Part shown: positions 50,394 through 63,535 of the stretch, one piece after another
Numbering within the stretch: the stretch's first letter is position 1
How the letters are laid out: each line of letters starts with the position of its first letter
Assembly: GCF_023055435.1 (NCBI RefSeq)
Contig: NW_025964361.1
Span: forward strand, 31,062,001 to 31,126,000
From: Haliotis rufescens
Taxonomy: Eukaryota
Length of the DNA stretch: 64,000 nucleotides
Direction: 5' to 3'
Program-made: the position numbers and the translations under genes
Notes under the pieces: model-generated
The model's database searches: none
The model's input: only the letters and a program-made list of their open reading frames with translations
Told to the model about the DNA's origin: nothing

Positions 50394-50557
50394 GGGGCGG
50401 TCGCGTAGCCTAGTGGTTAAAGCATTCGCTCGTCACACCGAAGACCCGGGTTCGATTCCCGACATGGGTACAATGTGTGAAGCCCAATTGTGGTGTCCCC
50501 GCCATGATATTACTGGAATATTGCTAAAAGCGGCGTAAAACCATACTCACTCACTCA
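50394..50557 (+). mobile_element. SINE S1, full length, inserted into the head of an older S1
   Basis: 13-bp TSD tggtagcgggcag at 50381-50393 and 50558-50570. Confidence 0.92.
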
Positions 50558-51818
50558 TGGTAGCGGGCAGTGGCATAGCTCGATTGTTTAAGCGTGCGCT
50601 CGTCACGATAAAGGCCTGGGTTCGATTCCCCTAATGGTTACAATGTGTACATAATAGCGACAGAAAATACATTTCCAAAGTCATAAGAAATCTCTATTAA
50701 AAAGCATGATAAACTTGTGTTTATAAATCACTATCAATTATAAAAAAATTAAAAGCAAGAGAATAAATAACCAGTCTAGATTATCCAGCGAAGCAGATTC
50801 CATTTGGCGTAAAGGACAAAATAGCTGTGAAAGTTAATGAATTGACCACTGCAAATCTGTGATGAAAAGACCATTTCTTGTGTTCCCTTATGGGATGTTG
50901 CTGGAACATTGCTGAAAACGGCGTAAAACATACATCATTCACAGCGGATTAGCTTACATTTCTGAACTTGTCATTGACATAATCAATACGACTGCGTATA
51001 TCCACAAAGGCACCTCAATGATTCCCTGCTGTGTGCGTCTTGTTATAAAAGTAATGAAAATCCACTTTCAAAACAGAGTTGGATATACAGTATTCCTTTC
51101 ACTAGAACAGGTCTAAGGGCACAGTACAATACAGATTATGCTGCTATCTACATTGGAATCAATGTTTTATGCATGACATTACATCAATAGCTTCACAGGA
51201 CTATTCTTCAAAACACTATGACACCTTCATACAACTAACACTGTGTGTATAACTTCACTGTGAACAATACCAGTCACAGGGCTGCTTCGGTTCAAACCTT
51301 TAGCCTTTAGACCATCACCTGTATAGCGGGCAGTGTCAAGCCATGGATTGGGAAGCCTTTATTAGATCACAGTTATGTACTTCCTGTATAGGTTATTTAG
51401 GATCATTTATACCGAGAGGGATCATAGCTCCCTGTATATTGAAATGGTCTTTTCCAGTTGATTTAAGAACAGGTCACTTGAAAAATATGCTATATTCAAT
51501 TTGAATCATCTGATATGACGAACTTTATATCTTTACAAAATCAAAATGATTTATTTTCATGCTTTTCATATAATCATCCCTTTACTTCGGGTGAACGTTT
51601 CTACCAACGGAACACATTAAACTGATTCCAGTTTCTGTTTAATGTCTGTTTGTAATTATATTATCATGGCCTGACGAATACAATTTTCATCATATTATGT
51701 TTGTGGACTGACAAATATTCAAACTTCATGACCTTTTGAAGATATGTCCGTGTTTCAAATACAATTCGACCAGCAGATTCAATCAATGAGATAATTCAAG
51801 ATACAGTACGATTAATTA

Positions 51819-53071
51819 CGTAGGGCTGGTCAAAAGTTTTTTTAACTATGGGCCATAACAAAGTGAACAAGTCAATGTAGTATATTGTTTTAGAAGTTCA
51901 TTTCAAGTGTGTTTGGTCTTTTGGGGCCGTTTGTACATTAGTGACAGGCACTTGAACGTGATAGGGTTCCAAATGGACACAGAAATGGAAAAGAACGAGA
52001 ACCGAGAAGTCATCAAGATTTTTACTTTGGAGAAAAATACTCCCCAAGAAATTCATAATCGCATGTCACAAGTGTATGGGACCCTAGCTATTCCACTGTT
52101 AAACGTTGGGCAGCTATGTTTAAGGCTAGGAGAACAAGCCTCTGTGTTGACCCTAGGTCTGGACGTCCCTCAGCTTCCATCAATAAAGATTCAATTAAGG
52201 AGATAGAAAAACTTATACTGTCAGGTAGAATTATCATTGCTGAACTTGAGGAAGACACAAATCTAAGCCATGGATCCTTTGAAACTATTATTCATGAACA
52301 TTTACAGATGAAGAAGATATTTCTGGGTGCCAAAGTTTCTAAATTCAGATCTTAAGGAAAAAAGAACTGATACTGCCAGAGAACATTTATGAAAATTTCG
52401 TCAATTCAAAAAGAGATTTGTCACGGGTAATGAAACATGGATCTACCACTATGACCTAGAGTCAAAACGTCAATCCATCGAATGGCGTCATTCTACTTCT
52501 CCGGCACCAAAGAAATCCAAGTCTTCAAGTTCAGTGAAGAATCTTATGGCCACTGTATTCTGGAATGCAAAGGGTGTGATCCTTGTTGATTACTTAGAAA
52601 GTCAAAAGACGATCACCGGTGCCTACTATAATGATTTGCTTGATCGCCTAAGAGATTCTATCTAGGAAAAGCGGGCGAGGACTGTTGGAGTTCTACTACA
52701 TGTACTTCATTAAAATGCCTCTTCTCGTACCTCTCGACTTGCAAAGGCTGCTGTGCGACAATGTGGGTTCGAAAAGCTTCTCCATTCTCCATACTCGCCA
52801 GACCTGGCACCAGGTGATTTCCACCTGTTTCCTTAACTGAAAGAACACCTTCGTGGAAAGCTCTATGACGACAACGATGACGTCAAAGCTGCCGAATTGG
52901 TTTTTCAGGGTGGCTGCAGAAAACTTCTTCGTGACTGGAATTTAAAAACTTCACTATTGATACGATTAGTGTATTAAAAAGCAGGGAGAATATGTTACAA
53001 AACAAAATTAAAAACACTCTCACGACTTTTGTTTTTGTTTGTTAGGTTAAGAACTTTTTGACCGGCACTCG
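51819..53071 (+). mobile_element. Full-length degenerate mariner (DD34D) transposon
   Basis: TA-flanked imperfect TIRs cgtagggctggtcaaaagttttttaac / gttaagaactttttgaccggcactcg; 1253 bp. Confidence 0.92.
51985..53010 (+). pseudogene. Mariner transposase pseudogene
   Basis: EVIKIFTLE..PQEIHNRM, DPRSGRP, VTGNETWIYHYD, MATVFWNAKG, H*NA, HSPYSPDLAPGDFHLFP; stops and frameshifts. Confidence 0.9.
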
Positions 53072-53702
53072 TATAACCCCAGTGGCCATGCTAAGGCCAC
53101 ATCGCCATGTTATTGCCACCTGCGTTTATTGACAACCTTGGTAAGCGTTTTATCTGAAAACGTGATGCCTCCTACACGAACCAACGTTAACGTTTCCCTG
53201 CCCTTAATCTTCTACCCGCGTCATATCACGCGTACAATTGTGAGCCGATCACGACCTCGTATGTTGATGTGTAGCCTTGAAGGTCTGTTGAAGGAAAACA
53301 GTCATATGAAATCACCTGATAATGATCATCAACATATTTACTTGCTATGGTTGATTAAGCATGCCGTGGACGTTTAGAAAGAACCATGGGATACGGTGTG
53401 CATGTGGGCCAGAATATATTGTCCAAGTCATAATAGAAGCGTATAACCGCCATTTCATGTTACCGCGGTACACAGTGCTGCTCCTGAGATTCTTCCTGGA
53501 GGGGATTATTGACATGTAAACACGCTTTGTCACAGAAATCTTTTCACTGGATGTATATGATCCTGATAGTTAAGCTTTGACCGACACCTGGGAAATGTAA
53601 CAGAACAGGAATATAAAGTACACTTGGAATGAGAATACACTATGGCAATACGAGGTGTCCACAAGAGTCAGACGCATCCTTCCGTCGATTTCCATCAGGA
53701 GA

Positions 53703-54059
53703 GACCGCCTCCGTGGTCTTGTGGTAGAGCGTCCGCCCAGAGAGCGGAAGGTCCGGGGTTCGATCCCCGGCCGCGTCATATCAAAAGACATTAAAAGATG
53801 GTACTTGTTGTTATCCTGTCTGGCGCTCGGCATTAAGGGGCTAAAACAAGGACTGGTCGGCTCGGAGTCAGTATACTGTGTCTGAGTGGGGTATCCATGT
53901 TAAACTGCGGCATGATATCTCAGTGTGCTAGCACTATAAATCTGCATCAGTCCGGACTAGTACAAGCAGCCACACACACACATACACGTGCATGCACGTC
54001 GCGATATAAACGCAATAATCTTGGACGCGACGTTAAACCCAATTTCACCTCACCTCACC
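53703..54059 (+). mobile_element. SINE S2, full length
   Basis: 12-bp TSD tccatcaggaga at 53691-53702 and 54060-54071. Confidence 0.93.
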
Positions 54060-55507
54060 TCCATCAGGAGAAGAACCTGTTAATATAACACTAAGGACTC
54101 CGAGCGATACGAGTCTAAGATTGTATTATTATAAGGCGCATCGGGTAATAACTTCATTGACCGTGTGAGTTTGGTTTTACACAGGATTTAGCAATATTCA
54201 CATCAAGGTCCGGTACACCGAGAACGGGCTTCACACACTGTACACATGTGGGAATCGAACTCAATACTTCGGAGTGACGGACGAAAGTTCAACCACTGGT
54301 GACTGTGTACGTATTAAGGTTAAACGTATAAACAACACAGATCCTATATTAGTTATATGTTACGTGGCAATGTTGTCAAGCTATTGTTTAACCACTGGGC
54401 AATATGTAACCCACATAGCTTCTCAGATTGAATGTACTCAAATAGGTTTTGTGTACTTTCCTATAAGAGTGAACGAACAGAAAACATTTTACGAACGTTT
54501 CAAACATGAACACCATACATTTCATAGAAACACGAGCACTTATAAAGTGTCACAGTTGTACAACTGTTTCGAGCTCGGTCTACATATCTTTCTATCAGTG
54601 TTTTACGTTAATACAACAACAGAACTGTATCGTCCATCGTCCCATATATCATTAAACTATACCGTATCAATGCTGGTATATTTATCAAGTGGTTTGTTTT
54701 CTGTTATAAAATTGAGGGACTATTAAAAAAAGTCAGGGCAGTTGAATATACAAACATGTTACTCAACAAGAAAATACAAAGACCCTCTATGTATCCTATG
54801 TTTACAGCAAGGTTTACTGAGAAACAGTTTACATGATCCATAACGGCATTAATAGCGGAATAACTGGTATTAAAACAAAAAGAAATATATATGATTACAT
54901 TCTATACTCATTGTCGATTTACGTTTTGCTAGCGGTTACACGCGGCATAATCACTAATTAGACATGTAATTAGAAATATTTGCAACTTGTCAGTGCTATT
55001 ACCGATATCAGAAAACATCGGATGGTGACACAACAACGTGCAACATGTACTGAAATGTCAGGTGATTGTATCGGTCCCTAACATAACTCTTAACATGTGT
55101 GTCGTACTTTCAGCTTATATCAAGTGAAAGATTATCTGTTATACAATGTATGGATTGGTTAGATAATTATAACGATGAGCAATACCCGTTCAGAATTCGA
55201 GGGTGTTAACATCCCACCTCGTTCTTACAGCACTCAGTCTGCAAAGACGTAGAGAAGCACCTAACCTCTTTCCTTCCACAGACATATCATATGCGCAGAG
55301 TATTCTAGCAGCTTTACCACTCCGACAATATTGGCACTTTGATCAAATGATTTGCTGATCTTGGGTCGCTATTGATAGAAGTGACCATAACAGGAACTTG
55401 CCCTCAAATGGAATGAAGATTGTAAAATTCAAGTAATCTTTTGAGTCATAAATTGTTGTGTGGAAATATCCACTTTCATGACTTGCTGAACACAGACCGA
55501 GATATGA

Positions 55508-55673
55508 GTGAGTGAGTGAGTATGGTTTTACGCCGCTTTTAGCAATATTCAAGCAATATCACGGCGGGGGACACCAGAAATGGGCTTCACACAATGTACC
55601 CATGTCGGGAATCGAACCCGGGTCTTCGGCGTGACGAGCGAAAGCTTTAACCACTAGGCTACCCGACCGCCCC
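55508..55673 (-). mobile_element. SINE S1, full length
   Basis: 13-bp TSD gaccgagatatga at 55495-55507 and 55675-55687. Confidence 0.92.
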
Positions 55674-56598
55674 TGACCGAGATATGAAACAAAATGAATG
55701 CCCACATTGGTTTGTGTCCAATTATCTTAGGTAATTATACATAAAAGTGTCGATGATTGTGAAATGTCAGAAGGAAGTGTTTATGAATCGCTATCAAAGC
55801 CTGTTTCCGGTGCGCCTGGATGGGATGTTGCTGAAATATTGCTGAAAACGTTAAACAAATTTCACTCACCCAACGCGGATAACCTTTTATTTCTGAACTT
55901 GTCATTGACATAATAAATACGTCCCGCAACTTTATCCAATATTGAAAGACGTAATAAATACCGAATCTGTATAATATAAAATGTTTGGGTTAAGTGTTTA
56001 TGCTTGGATCGATCCAGGTGAGCTGCAAGTTGTTAGCGAGTGAGTGGATCGGGTTCAACGCCACTAAAGGGTATTTCAGTTACATGGCAGCGTGTCAGTT
56101 CGATGTGGGAGGAAAGACCCATTCGGGTCGAAGACGTTTACCACTTCCGTGAACATAAAAACGACAAAACCATTTCCATATTCTTAAGAAATCTCTTATT
56201 GCTAAAAGCAGAGCTCATTATTCAATTCCGACTATATCACGAGCATGTGTTTATGAATCACTACCAATCACTAGTGATGTCACCATGTGTGTTTGCGAAA
56301 TGTTGAGCGTTTCCTGCCCTACTGATGGCAAGGTTTCAAACACACGAAAAGGCAAATCAGTTGGGTCTATATTGTACAAATCAAAACGCAGAATTATATT
56401 GGACATAATGTCTGTCCCTGATGGGTCAAATTCAGAAATGTCCTCTACATGTCTACACGTATGGAAATGCAAGTTCTGACTCAAGTGCATTCGTACACAT
56501 GTTGATCATCATTTAGTGATGGAATTCAATACCTTGATTTATATTTATATTTAACATCGGGTAATTACAATTAGTAGGTTTCTTGCCAGGATAATTGG

Positions 56599-56875
56599 GG
56601 TGAGTGAGTTGTGTTTAAGGCCGCTTTTAACAGTATTCCAGTTATATCGCGGCGTGTCAGCTTAATGTGGGAGGAAAGCCCGAAGTATTGCAGTTCTTAA
56701 CAGTTTACCACTTCAGTGAAACCCATGAGCATTGGTATGTTTCTGACAAACCTAGAAACATAATCGGAGCGAACCGGGATTCGAACCGACAATCATAGGT
56801 TTCTGGCGTGCCAAAGGGACGCAACTCCAAACAGCGAATTGCGGCGACTTAGACGACTGGGCCGCGCGTGCTCCC
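56599..56875 (-). mobile_element. SINE S3, full length
   Basis: TSD gccaggata on both sides; matches 32903-33183. Confidence 0.88.
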
Positions 56876-58047
56876 TCGCCAGGATACAGCCAGCTGACGC
56901 ATATTCATGTAGACAGGAAGGTCAGGTAGTGACATTCAGTGTTTACAAACAAACATCACGTCACGTAAAAGGGGATACGCCACTGTGAATCATTCCTCTG
57001 CAGAAACCTTCACCGCCGCGCAAATACCAGCGTCAGGCAAGAACCGGGAAACACGTGACTGATGTTGTTGTGTCGACGCCGAACTAATGACCAGTTAGAC
57101 TCCTAACGTGCAGACATTTCAGCAAAACAAGTTTTTCAAACGCTCATTAAAGCATAGTGTTACGTCATTACCATGTTACCATGTGCTGTCGTTATCGAAA
57201 TAGCAGTCTGAGATGCGGAAAATCAATGTCTACAAAACAAGTTTCAGTTGTAACTACATTGCCCGTTGTCATTGTCTGACTAATCACTGGCCCTGTGACG
57301 TAGTATTAATACGCACATTCCTGGAAAACTTGCACTGTTCAGGTACCGTTTGTGAGAGATGAGAATACTTTCTTTCCACGACGAAATTTAAGAATGCCAC
57401 TATGTATTTAGCTCGCTAAAATACAATGTTTACGCTGAAAACAGGATATTACCATCCAAAAGCATTCACGCGTCAAAATATTAAATAAATCTTTAAGCTA
57501 TGTTGCATGATAAACGTCAGTTTAAGTTTGGAGCGAATGGCAGTCTACTACAGATGTAAAAAGGGCACAATGATTTTTTACAATGAAGAATACGTTTGAT
57601 ACCAAGGCGTGTGAGAGAGTGTTATTGCCGCCGCCGCACAGGTGTTAATACGCCATGCCATATGGCCGGTCATTACAGGAATTGATTGTTCAAACAGCCG
57701 CTGTTCCAACGTCCGTCTGACAACGCCGGTATGTCACTGATAACATACACCAGTTGCTGTCGTTACTCAGATATCTGTAATTAATTATGTGAATTAAAAA
57801 AAATCAACAATAAAAAAATACATAATGGCTGGGAATTAATATATTGCGCTTCTGTTTCAGGTTATTTACAATGGAGAAGTGATAGAGTCAATAGGAAGCA
57901 AGAGATGGGAGCATCCCAATGGATGATGCCCTTTAACACCATGTGCACACAAACTGTTGTCAGAGCGTCGTGGAGAGTCAGTGTCTTGTGTAACCACTCC
58001 TGTTTCTTATTCCTCCCGTGCACATTGACCTCATAATCCTCACCTAC

Positions 58048-58212
58048 ATGGGGTACAATGTGTGAAGCCCATTTCTGGTGTCCCCCGCCGTGATTGTGCT
58101 GGAATATTGCTAAAAGCAGCGTAAAAAACATACTCACTCACTCACTCACTCACTCACGCAGTCACGCACGCACGCACGCGCGCGCGCACGCACGGACGCA
58201 CGCACGCACTCA
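58048..58212 (+). mobile_element. 5'-truncated SINE S1 with (ACTC)/(GCAC) microsatellite tail
   Basis: Body and tail match S1. Confidence 0.85.
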
Positions 58213-58845
58213 CCAGTTTCATAATGATAACCTGGGGTATGGCGGTACACTCCCGTGGGAGAATCCCAAAATTATGTGACACAAAGTTGCTTCTGTAAAC
58301 ACGGCGCCAAAGGTCATCCCAGACTATGTTCATAGATGTCCAGGTGGGACGGCCTAGCAGGCCACTCCATCCTTGGTATAGTCGTGTTGCCGGGCAAAGG
58401 CAAAGACCACATTTCCACGGTATGGACGGGCATTATCGCCATTAGGGAGTTGGGTTTAACGCCACGAGCACGGATATGCTGCTGTCACACCTAGAAACAC
58501 AGGGATTGGAACCCACAGTCATAGATTTCTAAAGTTTTTTGCACAGAGAATATCGCGCGGAACATCTACAGTGACACCTTGCCCTTGTGAACTGCGTTGT
58601 CTTTAAACACACCAACTTCTTCTTGGAAGAAGGGGTTGAATGAAAACTGAACTGACGATGTCTGACGTCGATTGCAACGCTGATGATGTCATTAAAAAAC
58701 CTATGACAAGCTTAAAATGATCCTATCCTGCCTCTGTGTTGTCACCGTGTCATGTCCAGGTCTTTGAGCATATGCAACAGTGCCAGTGGTTTGGTACTGA
58801 AGACCAAGTAACAGTATGGCTGAAGTTAAAACGTACGTGTGTTTG

Positions 58846-58888
<43 letters not shown>

Positions 58889-59056
58889 CCGTGTGTGTGT
58901 TAACGTACGGATTAATGTCGGTTAATAGTGTGCTAGCCCACTGAGACACCTTATAGAGGTTTCAAATGTACAGCCCATTAAGACACAGTAGCCCCTTAAT
59001 GCCAAGCGCCAGGCAGGATAACAACACATACTTTCCTTTAACGTCTTATGGTATGA

Positions 59057-59414
59057 AGACCGCCTCCGTGGTCTTGTGGTAGAGCGTCCACCCGGAGAGC
59101 GGAAGGTCCAGGGTTCGATCCCGGGCCGCGTCATACAAAAAGACGTTAAAAGATTGTACTTGTTGTTACCCTGTCTGGCGCTCGGCATTAAGGGGCTAAA
59201 ACAAGGACTGGTCGGCTCGGAGTCAGTATACTGTGTCTGAGTGGGGTATTCATGTTAAACTGCGGCATGGTATCTCAGTGAGCTAGCACTATAAATCGGC
59301 ATCAGTCCGGACTAGTACAAGCAGCCACACACACACATACACGTGCATGCACGTCGCTATATAAGTGCAATAATCTTGGACGCGACGTTAAACCCAATTT
59401 CACCTCACCTCACA
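59057..59414 (+). mobile_element. Young SINE S2 nested antisense inside an older S2 (58830-59485, minus)
   Basis: 13-bp TSD tcttatggtatga at 59044-59056 and 59415-59427. Confidence 0.92.
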
Positions 59415-59559
59415 TCTTATGGTATGACTCGACCGGAGATCGAACCACCGATCTTTTGCTCTATCCGCTAGACCACTGAGAAAGTCTTTTCGTCTCTCTA
59501 TATATATGAAGAGAAAATCGGTTAGAAAATTTACAGATTACAGATTGTCAGTCCCGAGT

Positions 59560-60370
59560 GAATTTGGTTGGTAAATGTTTAATCCTTATTCAAGAGGGAC
59601 AACTAAATCCGTTATTACGGAGAGGTTATTCTATATATTACCTAAAGTCTTTCTTTTCTTTATGCATATGAATCAGAATTTCTACTCGGATTGGCAAAAT
59701 CTAAAGAAAATAATTTGGCCAAGAGGTGGAAACCTTCCACTGATTTACCCACCTACAAATTAAAGGAGACCAGTGAGACCGCTTCATCTTTTTCATATTG
59801 AGATGCATGAAGATTCCGAGTGACAAAAACACTCTCAACAAGGCTGTATGACAAGAGGGGTGACTTCAACTTTCCAGTAGTCAACTTCTCTTTATGTCGA
59901 GCAAGAGTCCAGAAGCCCAAGCCCTTGGTGTCTACATTTCACAACTTATGAGGTACAATTGAGCATGCTCTTTCTTTCAAGATTTCAAAGACCGTCATAC
60001 AACTCATGCTCAGAAGGTTTGATCAAGGTTACAACATCCAAGGCCTCAATAAAGCTTTCAAAAGTTTTATGGTAGACATGTAAAGGACATTTCCAAATTT
60101 GACGCATCAGTTACAAAAATGATATTAGATGCAATTCCCTATTTTGACTTGTACCATGTCTTGTCTCTGCATGTGGTTATGACGGGTGCTACAGGTGGAA
60201 CATGATACGCTCACCTTTTGGCGAGCACCTGGTATCATCACTAACTGATAGTGATTCATAAACACATGATCATGATATAGTCGGAATCGTACAACTCTGC
60301 TTGTTGCAGAGATTTCTTATGAATGTGGAAAGGGTTTTGTCGCTTTTATTTCAATAAAACGTGGTTTCCT
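59560..60370 (+). mobile_element. Penelope-like retroelement 3' remnant (RT C-terminus plus 3' UTR)
   Basis: IYPP..IKETSET, RLYDKRGDFNFPVVNF, GVYISQLMRY, QGY; same family as 11670-13460. Confidence 0.85.
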
Positions 60371-63300
60371 GATCTCACGTTGAGAAGACATCAGCGAAGC
60401 TAGTCGATTGCTGGAACGACGTCTAATTTTAAATTGTTTTTAATATAAAGAAAAATGAATGGTGCAATCTTCGTCCACATGACGTTATGGGCCTAACTGT
60501 GGAACTAGCCAATCAGCATGAAACAAATCTTCATGGGCCGCATAATCTTGTGACCAAATTACACTTGTCAGTAAAAACGTTAATATGCAAGATGGATGTA
60601 TTTTTTGTGTCATATTCAACTTATAGTGCCGAGACTAAGGTAATACTTCTTTACTTATCCATGGCAATATTCTTAGAGAAATATTCTTGACTACTGGATC
60701 GTGAATTATAATTAGAAATTTAATATTATAAAATTATTATATTGTTGATGATGACGATAAAGACGACGACGATGATGATGATTTCAGTTTTTTTATAATT
60801 ATAAGTAACCGACTGACGACGTAAAAAAGACACACGTACAGTATAACATCCCACTCACCCTATAAGAATCGAAGTTTTCGCCACTAAAATCTCTCCCGAA
60901 TCATATGATATAATGAATATAATCACATCACCAAACTAACAAACTGTAGGACCAGAGGGGTACTAACATGCCAATAACCAGATTTTGTTCTCGCCACAAT
61001 TCCATTGCTACGAAAGGCTGCTATTACTGGTTCCCGTGCACGTCGATATGGGAAATTAACAGTAAAACCTGCCTCCTTGTTTAGCGTTAATACTCGCATA
61101 GTCTCGCTTCCGTTGTCAGGAGTCTACAGAAGTAACGCTTTCACTCAACTGTTGCCAAGGACCCAATAACACATGTTGGATCTCGAAAATCGATTCTTTG
61201 ACACGGTCACGCCATCGTTAATAGCTTTTATTGACAGAAAACATGAGACTGACTTTTTGCTCCGGACAGTGGTAAGTTTGGGACGTTATGTCATGTGGGT
61301 GTGCAGCCCCACCAGCCAGTTGGGGATTGCATCCATAGCACACCATACACTGGAATAAGACAGCCTACATCTCGGTTGGTAATATAAATGTTGTCATTAA
61401 GCTTCGTGGCTTTAAGCGTCTTGTGCTCCGTCTGTTGTTAATGACTGTTATATAGTAGCTGAAGTTACGTGCTGTTATATTGCTTTATAGTAACTTGCGA
61501 TGTTGATTCATCTGTTGTGGTTTTGGTTATGCCATCTGTCGTAGAGTTGATTTGTGTTGTATTTTATTTGATTGTTTAAGTGGAACAGCAATGCCATTCA
61601 GACACCCGAGCGGGATGGCTATAGGATTCAGCCTTAGAGCCGATCATTTTATTTTGGGTGTGTAAGGGCAGAATGGATGTTGCATATGTAAAACAAAAGT
61701 AATTCGTTCATAAATTCGGGCTTCGTTTGTTTCCTGGAGAATTTTTCCTTGGCCCGGATCCTACTTTCACAGAAAATAATTTCACTGAAGACTTGACTCA
61801 AAAGGTATTCTGAGTATTCAAAAGGGCTGTTTGGCCGCGACATTTAAAACAGCCCCCAGCTTTGTTGGTAAACGAATATATTTCCTAAACGTTTTTCTTT
61901 ACTTATAACTAACAAAACCTCTGCACTTGTACACAGCAGACGCTATTCAAAATTAACATATCGTTTTTATTTTCAACAAAGTATAAGTGCGCTGTGTCGC
62001 TGGATTTCTAGTCACTTGATTACTTGATTATCTGGCTTGTTTACAAGCCGCCGTCGCATGACAGGAGTACTGGCAACAAAAACTGTTACTTTCTCATGCA
62101 AATTGTGTGAGTGGCAGGTCTCCGGTAGGACAGGACATGCTAACCCTTTACGCCAACACCTGGTGTCATAACTGATTGTCAGTGATCAATTTATTTAATT
62201 TTAACCGCTATTTCTTCTTTTGTGCCCAATGGAATATGTTTCGGGTGATAATCGAGACAGGTTTCTCTCTGGCGTTGACGTTTTATATTCTCTAGCAATA
62301 TTCGCACAAGTTTGCCGCGATGTTTACTGTTGAAACTCTTGTAAAGAATGTTATACTCACAATTGACGCGATCAAGATAACAACAAACGTTTCAGCAGTA
62401 TCTTTATCTTAAATATTTAGAGTTCATACAATGGGGGTGTGGGGTGTGAGGGGTGTCGAAGCAGTAAAATCTTGTATTTCTGTGGACGTCTAAGCCGCAT
62501 AATCAAATGTTGACACAAATTACAAAATATGAATTGTATCGATATTTTCCACTACAGACCAAATAGGCATTGTTAATTGTCTTGATTAGGCGGCTTACTG
62601 AATCGGGGGGTCAGACGCGGTGATTGCTGATTGAATGTCGTCGTTTCCCAATGGCGTGGATCAACGATGTTCATGAAACCAATCACTGGATCACTGGCGA
62701 TGTTAAACAAAAAGGCATAAAAGCAAACAAAGAAACACACATGTACAGATCCATACATATCTGAGGATGTTAAAGAGGGGACTTCGATCGGGCAAATTGC
62801 CATTGCTGTCAAGTTTGAAGTATGTATTTCCAGCAGTTAATGCCCTAGTTCACACTTCATTACACAGAGACAAACTGTCCAATTACAACGTCTAAATCTA
62901 TAATGGAAATCTTCAACGTGGTGTGGAGCTCCTATTCCTATAAACAAATGCTTTTTTTCTATTTCATCTCAAGCTGTATCTTTTTAACTATAGCAACTAA
63001 CACGTGTATATCTATTATTCTATTCATTAACCATCTGTGTTAGATTACAACTCAATTGCCGGGCAAAAGAAAGTATACACTTGAATAAAGGATTTGGCAT
63101 ACAAACTGGATACAAACGTTATCAAAATGTAACAAGGCTGAAAACAGTCGCCGAAACGCTGCAAGCTTAAGGTACAAAACACAACTATGACACCGAGTGA
63201 AATACACCACAATCGAATAACCATTTCTTGTTTGTGTCATATAGCCACCATCAACCATGGGTGTATACGTCAGTTTATGACATATATAAGGCACGAATGG

Positions 63301-63423
63301 GAAAACCTATGACCGTTGTGAATGTTCAGACATTCGATTCGATATCTGCTTATCAAGGGAAACAGCGGGTTTGATTAGTCACGAACTCAGTCCATGAAAG
63401 TCAATATCAGAGTTAAGTGTCTG

Positions 63424-63535
63424 GGACCCGTTTCAGGAAGCAGTCTTAGCTCTCCGACTTCCTTAAGTCTGTCATATCGTCAACTATGAGAGTCACGACA
63501 GTCGTAGCGCTACGATCGCTTTGTGAAAGAGGGCC
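63424..63535. mobile_element. PIF/Harbinger-type MITE
   Basis: CTG TSD; imperfect TIRs ggacccgtttcaggaagc / gctttgtgaaagagggcc. Confidence 0.6.

Noticed and set aside
50394-50470. tRNA-Asp-like sequence (and tRNA-like heads of other S1/S2/S3 copies)
   Set aside because: No complete acceptor stem; each continues into a SINE body with tail and TSD, so these are SINE heads and not tRNA genes.
54274-54726. 150-aa ORF
   Set aside because: Starts within a decayed S1 SINE, is AT-rich, and has no recognisable motifs or splice support.
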